A DNA stretch of 64,000 bases from an uncultured Bacilli bacterium. Lineage in GTDB: Bacteria; Bacillota_I; Bacilli_A; RF39; UBA660. Every line of letters starts with the position of its first letter. Position 1 is the first letter of the stretch. Positions 1 to 10,677 of the stretch are shown in pieces. A program made the translations under genes and the position numbers. The notes beneath the pieces were generated by a model. It was given only the letters and a program-made list of their open reading frames with translations. It was not told where the DNA came from and did not search any database. The DNA is taken from positions 1,292 through 65,291 of the forward strand of contig CALVQD010000003.1 in assembly GCA_944355255.1 (NCBI GenBank), read 5' to 3'.

Positions 1-813
1 TCTATTACAGATTCTCTTACAAGATTGTTATCAGAAGCCAATCATGATGTAAAAAAAGCAGAACAAGGTATTATCATTTTTGATGAGATTGATAAAAAAG
101 GTTCTGATAGTAATAAAGATATTGCTGGAAAAGGAGCTTTAAATGCTTTACTTCCTTATTTAGATGGAAGAACATATTATTTACAAGTAAATGAAAAGCA
201 AATTCCCTTTAAGACAGATAAATTAATAATTATGGCAACTGGTTCTTTTGCAGAAGCAATACAAATGAAACAACATAAAAACTATTCTAGTACCAGTGTT
301 GGTTTTACAACAGAAACTGAAAATAACACACCTTTAATAGAATTAACCAGTGAAGATTTAATAGAGTATGGCGGTATTCCTAAAGAGTTAGTAGCAAGAC
401 TTCCTGTCATTGTCATGTTAGAAGCTCATACCAAAGATAGCCTAAAAGAAATTTTATGTCGTAAAAATATTAGTCCGTTATATAAAAACAAAGAAGCACT
501 ACATTATGCTAATGTATTCTTTGAATGGACTGATGATTACATTGAAAAAGTTGCTTCCAAGGCTTTAGAACTAGGTTATGGTGCACGTTCTTTAAATAGT
601 ATTGTAGAAAATACAATTATGAAAGCTAAATGGGAAGTTTTATCCGATATGCATGATTATTCTGGTTTTATGGTTACTGGTGATACAGTGGATGATTCAG
701 AAAATGCAATTTTATATGGCTATAAAGGGGACGATTATCAGTTAAAGACTATCTTAGAAGAAAAAGCTGAAAAAGCCAAGCAATATAAAATAACGACCAA
801 AAAACGTTATTAA
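1..813 (+). CDS. clpX: ClpX-like AAA+ ATPase, C-terminal ~270 aa (5' partial)
   Basis: Reading frame is open from base 1. Walker B-like IIFDEIDK, a VGF tripeptide in the position of the ClpX IGF ClpP-docking loop, and a sensor-2-like GARSLNS are present. Overall collinear with the ClpX C-terminal half but divergent. Confidence 0.7.
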   Translation, partial: SITDSLTRLLSEANHDVKKAEQGIIIFDEIDKKGSDSNKDIAGKGALNALLPYLDGRTYYLQVNEKQIPFKTDKLIIMATGSFAEAIQMKQHKNYSSTSVGFTTETENNTPLIELTSEDLIEYGGIPKELVARLPVIVMLEAHTKDSLKEILCRKNISPLYKNKEALHYANVFFEWTDDYIEKVASKALELGYGARSLNSIVENTIMKAKWEVLSDMHDYSGFMVTGDTVDDSENAILYGYKGDDYQLKTILEEKAEKAKQYKITTKKRY

Positions 814-848
814 TGTTAAAATTAAAAAATAATAAGGAGTGGTAAGAT

Positions 849-1475
849 ATGAAACAAATAGAAGAATTAAAAATTGATGAATATCAAAATGATGGAAACT
901 TTGTATTAAATGAATGTATAGATTGGTTTAATAAATATCTAGAAACTTATGATAGTTTTAGAGAAATACAGAAAAATAGAGAAGATTTACAGATTATAAC
1001 TACTATCAAAGAACAAACAGAACAAGAAAAATCTAAATATTTATTTTCAATAGATTTAATGAATATTACTACAGGACAGCCTTTGTTAGAAGGTACTAAA
1101 ATGTCCATGGATAGTAAGAATGAGAAAGCAGGGAAGTTTTTAATGACTGCTATTACTACAAGTTATTTATTTCTAATTCAAGATTTACATCTGCAATCAT
1201 TAGAAGAAGATGGTGTACGATTAGAAAATAAAGAAGCAAATAATTCTGCACTAAATGTTTTTGTAGCAGAAGAGGATACTTTATGGCCAGCTTTTCTAGA
1301 TATTATGGGAAATATGAACAATCTAGAGGTGTTGAAACAAAAATTATCTGTTGCTCATGAAGAAGCTCTACAGGAACAAGGAAAAATAGATGATGAGTTT
1401 TGTAGCTCTATTGATAAGAGTGACCAATGTTACCTTGCAGTAAAAAGATATTTCTATTTACATAAAAGAAAGTAA
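849..1475 (+). CDS. hypothetical protein (208 aa)
   Basis: ATG with SD AAGGAG 8 nt upstream. No recognisable motif. Confidence 0.55.
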   Translation: MKQIEELKIDEYQNDGNFVLNECIDWFNKYLETYDSFREIQKNREDLQIITTIKEQTEQEKSKYLFSIDLMNITTGQPLLEGTKMSMDSKNEKAGKFLMTAITTSYLFLIQDLHLQSLEEDGVRLENKEANNSALNVFVAEEDTLWPAFLDIMGNMNNLEVLKQKLSVAHEEALQEQGKIDDEFCSSIDKSDQCYLAVKRYFYLHKRK

Positions 1476-1533
1476 TCCTTTCTTTTTTTTCTAAATTATG
1501 GTATAATTATTACCAAATAAAGGGGGAGTACTT

Positions 1534-2382
1534 ATGGCTGGAAAGTATGAATTAATTGGTTCACTATATAGACAATATGAAAAAGAACCATATCAAAACG
1601 AACAAATAATTTCAATACCAGGTATTTCATTAAATAGTATAGAAGATATAGATAAATTAACATCTAGTATGACAACAATGGATTTATTAGAAAGGCTACC
1701 AGAGCCAGTGCAAGATAAAAATCACTTTTCTATTCGTGTATGGAGTCGCTATAGTGACAAGTGCTATTATATTAAAACAATCTTTAATAATCCAGAGATA
1801 CATTCGTTGTTAATGAAAGTAAAGAAAAAGCCGGTATTGTTAGAAGAAGGTTATAAAACATTATCACTGGTACCAGTCTGTCCTTTAGTAAATAGTTATT
1901 GGAAAAAAATAGAAGAAGCATTAAACCAAAAGAATTTTGATACAATTGGAGAATACTTTTCTGAACAAAGTAAATATTATTTTAAATTAACAAGATATCT
2001 GGAAAGTGCCTATGATTATGGAGAAAAAGAAAAAGCATTAGAAAAACTAAAATTAGAATTTCGGGATTATCGTATTTTTAGAAAAGTGTATGTAAAAGAA
2101 AATTATTATACGAAATCAACACCAAAGAATATTACTTCTGCAACACCACTACAAGAAAAATCCAACTTTTATTTTCAACCCGCTCCATCAGCAAAAGAAG
2201 AAAGCGATGTAGATTTTTTGTGGCGAATGACACATATATTTAATACGCAAGGAGAAAACGAAGAATTCTTAAGTCCAGAAGAATATGTTATGTGTAATCC
2301 AGGTTGTGATGATATTCCAGCTCCACAATTGACAAAATCAAGAAGTAAGAAACCAAAAAAATCATCAAGAGATGAGAATTAA
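1534..2382 (+). CDS. hypothetical protein (282 aa), Lys-rich C-terminus
   Basis: ATG with SD AAGGGGGAG, preceded by a TATAAT -10. No recognisable motif. Confidence 0.55.
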   Translation: MAGKYELIGSLYRQYEKEPYQNEQIISIPGISLNSIEDIDKLTSSMTTMDLLERLPEPVQDKNHFSIRVWSRYSDKCYYIKTIFNNPEIHSLLMKVKKKPVLLEEGYKTLSLVPVCPLVNSYWKKIEEALNQKNFDTIGEYFSEQSKYYFKLTRYLESAYDYGEKEKALEKLKLEFRDYRIFRKVYVKENYYTKSTPKNITSATPLQEKSNFYFQPAPSAKEESDVDFLWRMTHIFNTQGENEEFLSPEEYVMCNPGCDDIPAPQLTKSRSKKPKKSSRDEN

Positions 2383-2390
2383 TTCATTTT

Positions 2391-3506
2391 TGTATAGTTG
2401 TCAATGATGTGAGACCAAAAAGTCGTAAAAAATATTAATTAGGAAGCTTTGCGTTAGCACAAGCTTCTTTTAAAATATTTCTTTTTTCAATAGGAGAAAT
2501 CCAACCTAATACTTGCATTGGAATGTTATTAGATCGGTTTAAATAACTTTTCATTTGTTTCAATAAATCATCATAAGAATAAAATTTTAAACAATTATAA
2601 AATCTATTCTGATCGTTTCTATGACTACGCTCAACCTTACCATTATATCTTGGAGTTCTTGGCCTAATGAATTGATGTTTAATATTTAACTCATTGAGTA
2701 ATACATCAAGTGGGTGAATTCTATCTGTTTTTTGAGTATGAGTAAACTCCTGACCATTGTCAGTTTGAATAGTTAATGGTTTATATCCAAAATAAAGTAT
2801 GGCACGTTTAACAAAATCTACAGTTGAATATGAAGACTGTTCTTTATAAGGATAAATAAACCTTTCTCTTGAAGCTTCATCAATTATAGTATATTGATAG
2901 AATTTCTCACCATCATTTCCAGAATAACAATCTTTAGGAACATATTTAATATCCATTTGCCATTTAATACCAATATTCGTTGGAGTATCGTAAGGCTTAG
3001 GAACATATTTAGAGTGTTTTTCTTTATTAACATAAAAATTCATCTTTCTTAGTAATCTGAATAAAGAAGAAGCATGTCTTGAATATCCATAATTGACTCT
3101 TAATTTCCCATATAACTTACATAAAGAAATATTAGGGTTTCTTTTTATTAGATTTTTGATCCATTTAATTTCAGTATCAGTGTGAGCGTTAGGATGCTTT
3201 GAAAGAGGTCTATGAGATTTATCAATTAATGATTCTTTGGTACCATCAAATTTTTTATTCCATCTCATAAGAGAAGATTTTGATATTTTATACCTTCTAC
3301 ATACAAAGGATACAGGATAACCTTTTCTATATAATTTTACAGAATAATATTTTGTGTTAAATTCATGTGGAATATAACGTTGAGTTTGTGATATACTTGT
3401 CATAAGCAATAAGTCCTTTCGTATAATTTTTTGTTTCAATTAATATTTTATACGACTTATTGCTTTTTTTCTATATTGATGGTGTCACATCAATTGTAAC
3501 ACTACA
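2391..3506 (-). mobile_element. IS element (~1.1 kb) with imperfect ~55-60 bp terminal inverted repeats enclosing a single transposase gene
   Basis: The reverse complement of 2391-2450 (aattaatatttt-ttacgactt...ggtctcacatcattgacaactataca) aligns with 3438-3506 (aattaatattttatacgactt...ggtgtcacatcaattgtaacactaca), with one ~20 nt indel. Confidence 0.6.
2435..3403 (-). CDS. DDE transposase, rve (integrase-core) type, IS481-like
   Basis: N-terminal HTH-like region. C-terminal region has TDNGQEF and RPRTPRYNGKVERSHRN, which is the D..D..E/NGKVER signature of rve transposases. Start chosen at ATG 3403; the ORF track extends it to a TTG at 3439. Confidence 0.65.
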   Translation of the reverse strand: MTSISQTQRYIPHEFNTKYYSVKLYRKGYPVSFVCRRYKISKSSLMRWNKKFDGTKESLIDKSHRPLSKHPNAHTDTEIKWIKNLIKRNPNISLCKLYGKLRVNYGYSRHASSLFRLLRKMNFYVNKEKHSKYVPKPYDTPTNIGIKWQMDIKYVPKDCYSGNDGEKFYQYTIIDEASRERFIYPYKEQSSYSTVDFVKRAILYFGYKPLTIQTDNGQEFTHTQKTDRIHPLDVLLNELNIKHQFIRPRTPRYNGKVERSHRNDQNRFYNCLKFYSYDDLLKQMKSYLNRSNNIPMQVLGWISPIEKRNILKEACANAKLPN

Positions 3507-3582
3507 TTATTATTTTTTAAATCACTCAAAATTAAATGGACTTCATGACAACGATTTGATACAATAACAGATAGGTGGTCTT

Positions 3583-6500
3583 ATGAATGATAAACTAGAA
3601 ATACTATGTAAACAAATGAATTTAACAGAAGAAGAAAAGAAATATCTAGATGGTGGTATTTTAGAACGTATTGTTGGAAATCACAGTCATGATACGTATT
3701 GTTTTTATATTCATTTAGATCGTACACTTCCTGTTAGTTTTTATATATCATTTCAAAACAAGTTACAGGAATCTTTTCCTACGTGTAGAAAAGTATTTGC
3801 TACATTTCAAATAAAGCATGTTTCTGAAGATTTATTTCCATCGTATTATCGTACTTTTTTAGAAAGTATGAAAGAAGATAATCCACTATTGGAATTATTA
3901 TTAGATGCGAAAGTTTCTTATGATGATGATTGGGTAACAATTGTAGTATCTAATAAAGCAGAGGAAATGAAGTTTCGTTCTATAGAAGAAAATCTAAGAG
4001 AATTACTATATCATGCCGGATATCAAAATATTACTTTTGAAATAAAAATAGATGAAGAACAGAGTATTGAAGTACAAAAAGAGATTGAAAAAACATTAAT
4101 AGAAGAAGTGAAAAAAGTAGAAGCAACACCAATTCAACCTCCTGTGATAGAAGAACCGAAAAAAAGTGGTTTTCAAAAGGGAAATTATAAGAGAAAAGCG
4201 ATTGTTGATGAGGGAAATCCTGATGTCGTTTTAGGACGTACAATTGATACAGAACCAATTCATATTCACGATATTATGTCAGAGATGAATAATGTAACGA
4301 TTGAAGGAACCATTTTTGGTGTCGATGTTCGTGATACAAAGACAGAGTTAAAAATTGTAACTTTAAAAGTAACGGATTATACGGATAGTATCTATGTGAA
4401 ATTGTTTTTACACGATGAAGAGGAAGCTAATTTAATATTGCCTAAATTAAAAAATGGAAAATTTTATCTATTCCGTGGCAATGCGAAAGATGATCAATAT
4501 TCTAAAGAGTTGACATTTACAGCACGTGATATTTTATTATTAGATAAAAAGATAGAAGAAAGAGTGGATCAAGCACCAAAGAAAAGAGTAGAACTACATG
4601 CCCATACGAAGATGAGTCAAATGGATGGTGTTGTAGATGCCAAAGATTTAGTGAAAACTGCTCAAAAATGGGGACATAAAGCGATTGCTATTACAGATCA
4701 TAATGGAGCCCAAGCATTTCCTGATGTTTACCACATGATTTGTGATATCAATAAAAATCTAAAAGAAGGTGAAGAACCATTTAAAGCAATCTATGGAACA
4801 GAACTTACCATGATTGACGATGAAGTCAATATTGTCGTTCGTCCTAATGACTCGGTACTACTAGATAATACATATGTTGTTTTTGACTTTGAAACAACAG
4901 GATTTAATGCTGGTGGTGGAGATTCTATTATTGAGATTGGTGCTGTAAAGTTACACAATGGAGAGATTATTGAAAAGTATGATGAACTGATTAATCCAGG
5001 TAGAAAATTACCACAAAAAATTATTGATGTTACTAATATTACTGATGAGATGTTACAAGATAAAGATAATGAAGAAAATGCAGTGAAACGTTTCATTGGA
5101 TGGGTTGGCGATTTGCCAATGGTTGCTCATAATGCGAAATTTGACGTTTCATTCTTAGAAATGGCTTATCAAAAATATCATTTAGGTACTTTTAACAATC
5201 CAGTAATTGATACATTAGAATTATCACGTACTTTAGATAACACCTTTGCAAGACATAGTTTATCGGTTCTTGTGAAACGTTACAATGTTCCATGGGATGA
5301 ATCTGCCCATCATAGAGGAGATTATGATGCGGAAGGAACTGCTTTAGTATTTCACAAAATGATGCGAAAGTTATCAGATCGTAATTTAGAGAAAATGACG
5401 GATTTAGATAAGTTAGTATCAAAAGATGAAATTCATAAATATGGACGTCCTTATCATATTAATATTTTGTGTAAAAATAAAACGGGATTAAAAAATTTAT
5501 TTAAGATTATTAGTTTAGCAAATACGAAATACTTATATAAAACACCACGTATTCTTAGAAGTGAAATTCAAAGACTAAGAGAAGGGTTACTCATTGGTAG
5601 TGGATGTTATGAAAGTGAAATATTTACACAAGCACGTAGTAAAAGTGAAGAAGAATTGAGTAATATGATTCATTTTTACGATTATGTAGAAGTACAACCA
5701 CCAGAGTGTTATGATCACTTATTACAAATGAATGATTTTGCCAATAAACAAGAATTAATTGATAATATTAAAAAAATTATTAATACAACAAAGGAAGCTG
5801 GAAAATTGATTGTGGCTACAGGCGATGTACATCATTTGAATCGTGAAGATAAGTTATATCGTGAAATTATTGTTAATCAAAAAGTACCAGGTGGTGGAAG
5901 ACATCCACTAGCTCGTAATAATATTCGTGAGATTCCATCACAACATTTTAGAACGACAGATGAAATGTTAGAAGATTTTAACTTTTTAGATGATGATTTA
6001 AGAGAAGAAATTGTTATTACGAATCCAAACAAGATTGCCGATATGGTAGAGATTATTGAAGTCATTATTGAAACTGGTGGTGTTCCTTTTTCTCCTAAGA
6101 TTGAAAATTCTGTAGAAACGGTAAAAGAACTTGTTTATGGAAAAGCCCATGCGCTTTATGGAGATCCACTTCCAGATTTAATTGCTGATCGTATTGAACA
6201 GGAGTTAAAAGGAATTATCGGTGGTGGATTTGACGTTATTTATTTAATTGCTCAAAAGCTTGTAAAACATTCTAATGATGATGGATATTTAGTTGGTAGT
6301 CGTGGTTCTGTAGGAAGTAGTTTTGTGGCAACGATGATGGGAATTACAGAAGTCAATCCACTTCCAGCTCATTATGTTTGTCCAAATTGTAAACATAGTA
6401 TTTTTGAAGAAAATGGAGAAACATTAGGAGCTAAATATTCAAGTGGATTTGATTTGCCAAATCGTGAATGTCCAAAATGTGGAACTTTGATGAATAAAGA

Positions 6501-7992
6501 AGGACAAGATATGCCTTTTGCGACATTCTTAGGATTTAATGCTGATAAAGTACCTGATATTGATTTGAACTTCTCTGGAGATTATCAGTGGAAAGCCCAT
6601 GAGTATACGAAAGTGTTATTTGGGGTGGATAATGTTTATCGAGCTGGGACAATTGGTACAGTTGCAGATAAAACAGCATTTGGATTTGTAAAAGGTTATT
6701 GTGAGGATAAAGGAATTACGATGCGTACAGCGGAAGTAGAGCGTATTGCACTAGGATGTACGGGTGTAAAAAGAACGACGGGACAGCATCCAGGAGGAAT
6801 TGTTGTTATTCCAGGTTATATGGATGTATTTGATTTTACTCCATTCCAATACCCTGCAGATGATCCAACGAGTTTATGGCGTACAACGCACTTTGATTAT
6901 CACGCCATTGATCAAGATGTATTGAAACTAGATATTTTAGGACACGTAGATCCAACGCATTTACGTATGTTACAAGATTTATCTGGTATGGATGTTACCA
7001 AAGTACCACTTGATGATAAAGAAACAATGGCTATTTTCTGTGGACCTGAACCATTAGGCGTTACTGCAGAACAGATTAATTGTCCAACAGGTACGTTAGG
7101 AATACCAGAGTTTGGTACGAAATTTACCATTCAAATGTTAGTTGATACAAAACCAACTACATTTGCAGAATTAATTAAAATTTCTGGTCTTTCTCATGGT
7201 ACAGATGTATGGTTAGGAAATGCCCAGGAATTAATTCGTAACAATGTCGTTCCATTTAAAGAAGTTATCGGATGTCGTGACGATATCATGGTATATTTGA
7301 TGTATAATGGAATGGAACCAAAGAAAGCATTTAAAATTATGGAGTTTGTCCGTAAAGGAAAAGCAAGTAAACAACCAGAACAATGGCAAGAATATAAAAA
7401 AGAGATGGAAGCAGCAGGGATTGAATCGTGGTTTATCGAATCTTGTGGAAAAATTAAGTACATGTTCCCAAAAGCTCATGCTGCAGCTTATGTAATTAGT
7501 GCTTTTCGTGTTGCATATTTTAAAGTACATCATCCACTTTGGTATTATTGTTCTTATTTTTCTGTTCGTGTTGACGACTTTGATATTGAAACGATGATCA
7601 AAGGATATGATGCGATTAAAAATAAAATTGCTGAATTAGAAGCCAAAGGAAAAGAAGCAACAAACAAAGAATTAAGTATTATTGAAACTTTAAAAATTGC
7701 TTTAGAAGCAACAGCAAGAGGAATCAAGTTTGCCCCATTATCTGTGACTGAAAGTGAAGCAAATAATTTTGCGATTAAAGATGAGCATACATTGATTCCA
7801 CCATTCCGCACCATTGACGGATTAGGATTAACCGTTGCTGAAAAAATTGTTGAAGAACGTGACAAGAATGCCTTTTTAAGTATTGAAGATTTACAAAAAA
7901 GAGGAAAAGTTTCTGCAACTCTAATTGATAAAATGAGAATGATGGGAATGCTAGATAATATGGATGAATCTAGTCAACTTAGTTTATTTTAA
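3583..7992 (+). CDS. polC: DNA polymerase III PolC-type (Gram-positive replicative polymerase, 1469 aa)
   Basis: Length and architecture match PolC: OB domain, DEDDh 3'-5' exonuclease region (FDFETTG, HNAKFD), a PHP domain and the pol III alpha core. Confidence 0.95.
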   Translation: MNDKLEILCKQMNLTEEEKKYLDGGILERIVGNHSHDTYCFYIHLDRTLPVSFYISFQNKLQESFPTCRKVFATFQIKHVSEDLFPSYYRTFLESMKEDNPLLELLLDAKVSYDDDWVTIVVSNKAEEMKFRSIEENLRELLYHAGYQNITFEIKIDEEQSIEVQKEIEKTLIEEVKKVEATPIQPPVIEEPKKSGFQKGNYKRKAIVDEGNPDVVLGRTIDTEPIHIHDIMSEMNNVTIEGTIFGVDVRDTKTELKIVTLKVTDYTDSIYVKLFLHDEEEANLILPKLKNGKFYLFRGNAKDDQYSKELTFTARDILLLDKKIEERVDQAPKKRVELHAHTKMSQMDGVVDAKDLVKTAQKWGHKAIAITDHNGAQAFPDVYHMICDINKNLKEGEEPFKAIYGTELTMIDDEVNIVVRPNDSVLLDNTYVVFDFETTGFNAGGGDSIIEIGAVKLHNGEIIEKYDELINPGRKLPQKIIDVTNITDEMLQDKDNEENAVKRFIGWVGDLPMVAHNAKFDVSFLEMAYQKYHLGTFNNPVIDTLELSRTLDNTFARHSLSVLVKRYNVPWDESAHHRGDYDAEGTALVFHKMMRKLSDRNLEKMTDLDKLVSKDEIHKYGRPYHINILCKNKTGLKNLFKIISLANTKYLYKTPRILRSEIQRLREGLLIGSGCYESEIFTQARSKSEEELSNMIHFYDYVEVQPPECYDHLLQMNDFANKQELIDNIKKIINTTKEAGKLIVATGDVHHLNREDKLYREIIVNQKVPGGGRHPLARNNIREIPSQHFRTTDEMLEDFNFLDDDLREEIVITNPNKIADMVEIIEVIIETGGVPFSPKIENSVETVKELVYGKAHALYGDPLPDLIADRIEQELKGIIGGGFDVIYLIAQKLVKHSNDDGYLVGSRGSVGSSFVATMMGITEVNPLPAHYVCPNCKHSIFEENGETLGAKYSSGFDLPNRECPKCGTLMNKEGQDMPFATFLGFNADKVPDIDLNFSGDYQWKAHEYTKVLFGVDNVYRAGTIGTVADKTAFGFVKGYCEDKGITMRTAEVERIALGCTGVKRTTGQHPGGIVVIPGYMDVFDFTPFQYPADDPTSLWRTTHFDYHAIDQDVLKLDILGHVDPTHLRMLQDLSGMDVTKVPLDDKETMAIFCGPEPLGVTAEQINCPTGTLGIPEFGTKFTIQMLVDTKPTTFAELIKISGLSHGTDVWLGNAQELIRNNVVPFKEVIGCRDDIMVYLMYNGMEPKKAFKIMEFVRKGKASKQPEQWQEYKKEMEAAGIESWFIESCGKIKYMFPKAHAAAYVISAFRVAYFKVHHPLWYYCSYFSVRVDDFDIETMIKGYDAIKNKIAELEAKGKEATNKELSIIETLKIALEATARGIKFAPLSVTESEANNFAIKDEHTLIPPFRTIDGLGLTVAEKIVEERDKNAFLSIEDLQKRGKVSATLIDKMRMMGMLDNMDESSQLSLF

Positions 7993-8010
7993 TGAAAAAG
8001 AGGAATGAAT

Positions 8011-8541
8011 ATGATAAATGAAAACATTGTAATCATAGATGGTGTTCCATATGATTTTAATACATATCCAATTTATCAAACACCAATGAATCCACAATTA
8101 TTTTTATTACCAAGTGATGATGAAAGTATGGAAGATTGTTATATTATTAGAAATTCAGATGATAAAAATACACCTGTTGTCAGTCATAATATGTTTGCGA
8201 CGAAATTAGTACAAAGTGTTCCCTTTGCAAAAAGAGAAAGAAAAGAACAGTTAGAAAATCCAAACGCGAAAAGTTGGGCAAGAGAAAAAGACTATTATGA
8301 TCAGGGAAGAGAACTAGAATATTTAATTCAAGAAAAAGGTTATATTCCTTTTTCAACACCTTCGTTTGAGGGAGAACTAGATTATACGATTCCCGATAGC
8401 TTTTTTCCAACAGATAAAACATTGTTGACAAAAAGACAGATTGCAAATCTTTTCACAATGATAGATTTGAATCCAAAAGTACATCTTTCACCTCATATGG
8501 AAAATGAATTAATGAGTATATTAAACCATAAAACAAAGTAG
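8011..8541 (+). CDS. hypothetical protein
   Basis: ORF with SD AGAGGA. Followed by a bidirectional terminator. Confidence 0.5.
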   Translation: MINENIVIIDGVPYDFNTYPIYQTPMNPQLFLLPSDDESMEDCYIIRNSDDKNTPVVSHNMFATKLVQSVPFAKRERKEQLENPNAKSWAREKDYYDQGRELEYLIQEKGYIPFSTPSFEGELDYTIPDSFFPTDKTLLTKRQIANLFTMIDLNPKVHLSPHMENELMSILNHKTK

Positions 8542-8560
8542 ATTTATCTACTTTGTTTTT
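8533..8560. terminator. bidirectional rho-independent terminator
   Basis: Stem caaagtaga/tctactttg followed by a T-run. Sits between convergent genes. Confidence 0.6.
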
Positions 8561-8948
8561 ATATTTCCGGATTTTCATTACTACCGGCATTATTAGTTGA
8601 ATCTTGAATTACAACATATAATACGATAATCGCACCAATTGTAGTTAAGACAGAAGCAAAATTTTGAAGAGATAATAGGGTTGTGTCTTCTTGATTTTCT
8701 CGGGCACTTTGTAAGGAGACTTGATTTACGTAAAGAAAGACTCCTGTTAAAATTAAAATCATGAGGTGATTCAATATATTTAACTTTCTTGCTTCCTCTG
8801 GAGTGAGTGCTGTATCTTCGTTTCGAATCACGTGTTTTCGATACTGTGTTAAATATATAGCAATCATAGTAGTAATTAAATAACAAAAAGAGGCAAATTC
8901 TTGAATATTTAAAAGTTTAATTTGATCAATGTTGCTACTATTTTTCAT
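8559..8948 (-). CDS. hypothetical membrane protein (129 aa)
   Basis: Two to three hydrophobic segments. Overlaps the start of the downstream lipoprotein gene. Confidence 0.45.
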   Translation of the reverse strand: MKNSSNIDQIKLLNIQEFASFCYLITTMIAIYLTQYRKHVIRNEDTALTPEEARKLNILNHLMILILTGVFLYVNQVSLQSARENQEDTTLLSLQNFASVLTTIGAIIVLYVVIQDSTNNAGSNENPEI

Positions 8949-10215
8949 AATCTTTCAATTGTTGTATTTTTTCTAGTTCACTGACAGTTACAAATTGGTA
9001 TCCATCGCTTTTTAATTGTTTTAGTAATTTTTCTAAAATAGTAATTGTTTGTTTTTTGGTATCGTGCATTAGTATAATACTACCATCTTTTGTACTGTTG
9101 ATTGTTTTTTTTACAATGGTACTAATGTTATGGCTTTCCCAGTCTCTGGTATCGACATCCCACATGACGACTTTTAATTTTGATCGTTTTCTTAATGATT
9201 GATTTACGGCACCATAAGTAGGGCGCATTAATCGTGGTGTAAAACCGGTTATTTTTTTGACGATTTGTTGTGTTTGATTGATTTGATTTAAGAATTCTTC
9301 TTCACTAACTTTTGTCAACCATTTATGATTATAGGAATGATTTCCAACTTCATTTCCTTCTCGAACCATTCTTCGCATTGTTTCACTATAAATTTCTACT
9401 TTATTTCCAATTACAAAAAATGTCGCACTTGCATCATATTTTTTTAAAAGATCTAGAAGATCATCTGTATATGTACTAGGACCGTCGTCAAAAGTAAGAG
9501 CGACACTTTTTTGATTAGGATCTATAATTTTTGTAGTCATTTCTACTTTTTTCCATTCTTTTTCTGTTTTACCTTGATTGATATCAATCGTTAATCCAAT
9601 TTTTTCAATTGGTATTTTGGTTGTAATGATATCAAAATATCCTGCTGTAATTTCATAAGGTTCAAAATAGAAATAGAATGTCTCTTCATCAAAAGTAAAA
9701 TGAATGTCTGAAAAATGAGAAAGTAATTTTTGTGCTTGATCTTTTAATAAACAGTCTGGGTAGTCTTTTTTTAACTGTTCTAAGATGAGTGTTTGCAATT
9801 TATCTGTTTCCGTAGATGCGATAATATCTGTTAGAGTTAAAAACTGTTTCTCTTTTTTATCATAAACATAAGTATTTAAATCATTTCTTGGGTTGGATAA
9901 TAGATTGGAATTAGAAAATATCTTTAAAACGACCATAACATATCGTTCATCAATGATGTCATAAGTATAATCGATATTGAATTCTGCGTCTTTCGCAATT
10001 GCGACAAATTCTTGTTGTTGTTCTAAAAATTCTTGATATCTTTCTTTGACATCACTTTGAATTTTCTTATCAAGTTTGTCGATATTCGTAATTGGATAGT
10101 TGATTGCAATCATCATCTGATTATTTTTTTCAATAATTGTTTCTACTTGTTTTTCTTTTTTGGAACATCCTGTTACAAGAAGTAAACAAATACAAATACA
10201 TAATACTTTTTTCAA
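8938..10215 (-). CDS. lipoprotein with C-terminal polysaccharide deacetylase (NodB-homology) domain
   Basis: Lipobox LVTGC. NodB motifs FDDGP and HSYNH..W. Likely a peptidoglycan or polysaccharide deacetylase. Confidence 0.8.
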   Translation of the reverse strand: MKKVLCICICLLLVTGCSKKEKQVETIIEKNNQMMIAINYPITNIDKLDKKIQSDVKERYQEFLEQQQEFVAIAKDAEFNIDYTYDIIDERYVMVVLKIFSNSNLLSNPRNDLNTYVYDKKEKQFLTLTDIIASTETDKLQTLILEQLKKDYPDCLLKDQAQKLLSHFSDIHFTFDEETFYFYFEPYEITAGYFDIITTKIPIEKIGLTIDINQGKTEKEWKKVEMTTKIIDPNQKSVALTFDDGPSTYTDDLLDLLKKYDASATFFVIGNKVEIYSETMRRMVREGNEVGNHSYNHKWLTKVSEEEFLNQINQTQQIVKKITGFTPRLMRPTYGAVNQSLRKRSKLKVVMWDVDTRDWESHNISTIVKKTINSTKDGSIILMHDTKKQTITILEKLLKQLKSDGYQFVTVSELEKIQQLKDYEK

Positions 10216-10311
10216 AGGCTACCAACTCCTATTAAAATATATTCTAAATTAGACAATTTCAATACAAAAAGAAATTCTATTTTCATATAACATAATAAAA
10301 GGACGTGAAGT

Positions 10312-10677
10312 ATGGAGACAGTATTACCGAGTAGTTTTGTAAATTGCCTGATGATTAGTTTGATTTTATCGATTATTATGATGGCTTTATTACAAAAATT
10401 TAAAAAGTTGCCATTTATCAAGAAGTGTTGGCAAATATGGGTCTTAAATTTGTTTTTTTCGTTTGTGATCGGAATTCCATTTTCAATATCATTTTACGGT
10501 ACAAATACGAAGGATAGTATTTGGATTAGTTTATTTTGTTTTATTGGTGCGCCTACAATTTATGAAGCACTAAAAAAACAAAATTTGTTACAATATCGTC
10601 CTGAATCGTTAAAGGATGATGTTGTAGAAGTACCAATTGAAAATAAAATTACAATTCCAGAAGAAGAAAATAAATAA
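10312..10677 (+). CDS. hypothetical small membrane protein
   Basis: Three hydrophobic helices. No motif. Confidence 0.4.
   Translation: METVLPSSFVNCLMISLILSIIMMALLQKFKKLPFIKKCWQIWVLNLFFSFVIGIPFSISFYGTNTKDSIWISLFCFIGAPTIYEALKKQNLLQYRPESLKDDVVEVPIENKITIPEEENK

Noticed and set aside
1-813. ClpX-like ATPase as an orphan or defence-associated paralogue rather than the housekeeping ClpX
   Set aside because: A VGF loop is present at the IGF position, along with conserved Walker B and sensor motifs. Divergence is more simply explained by a fast-evolving lineage. Only the C-terminal half is visible.
2380-3520. Target-site duplication flanking the IS element
   Set aside because: The flanks (tcatttt vs ttattat) do not give a convincing direct repeat. 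IR ends are only approximately defined.
4031-7865. Numerous 60-100 aa minus-strand ORFs inside polC (4031-4258, 4791-5096, 5192-5422, 5877-6065, 6912-7130, 7194-7533, 7554-7865) and plus-strand ORF 7307-7495
   Set aside because: Shadow ORFs inside a well-supported 1469-aa PolC gene. Low-complexity translations with no start signals.
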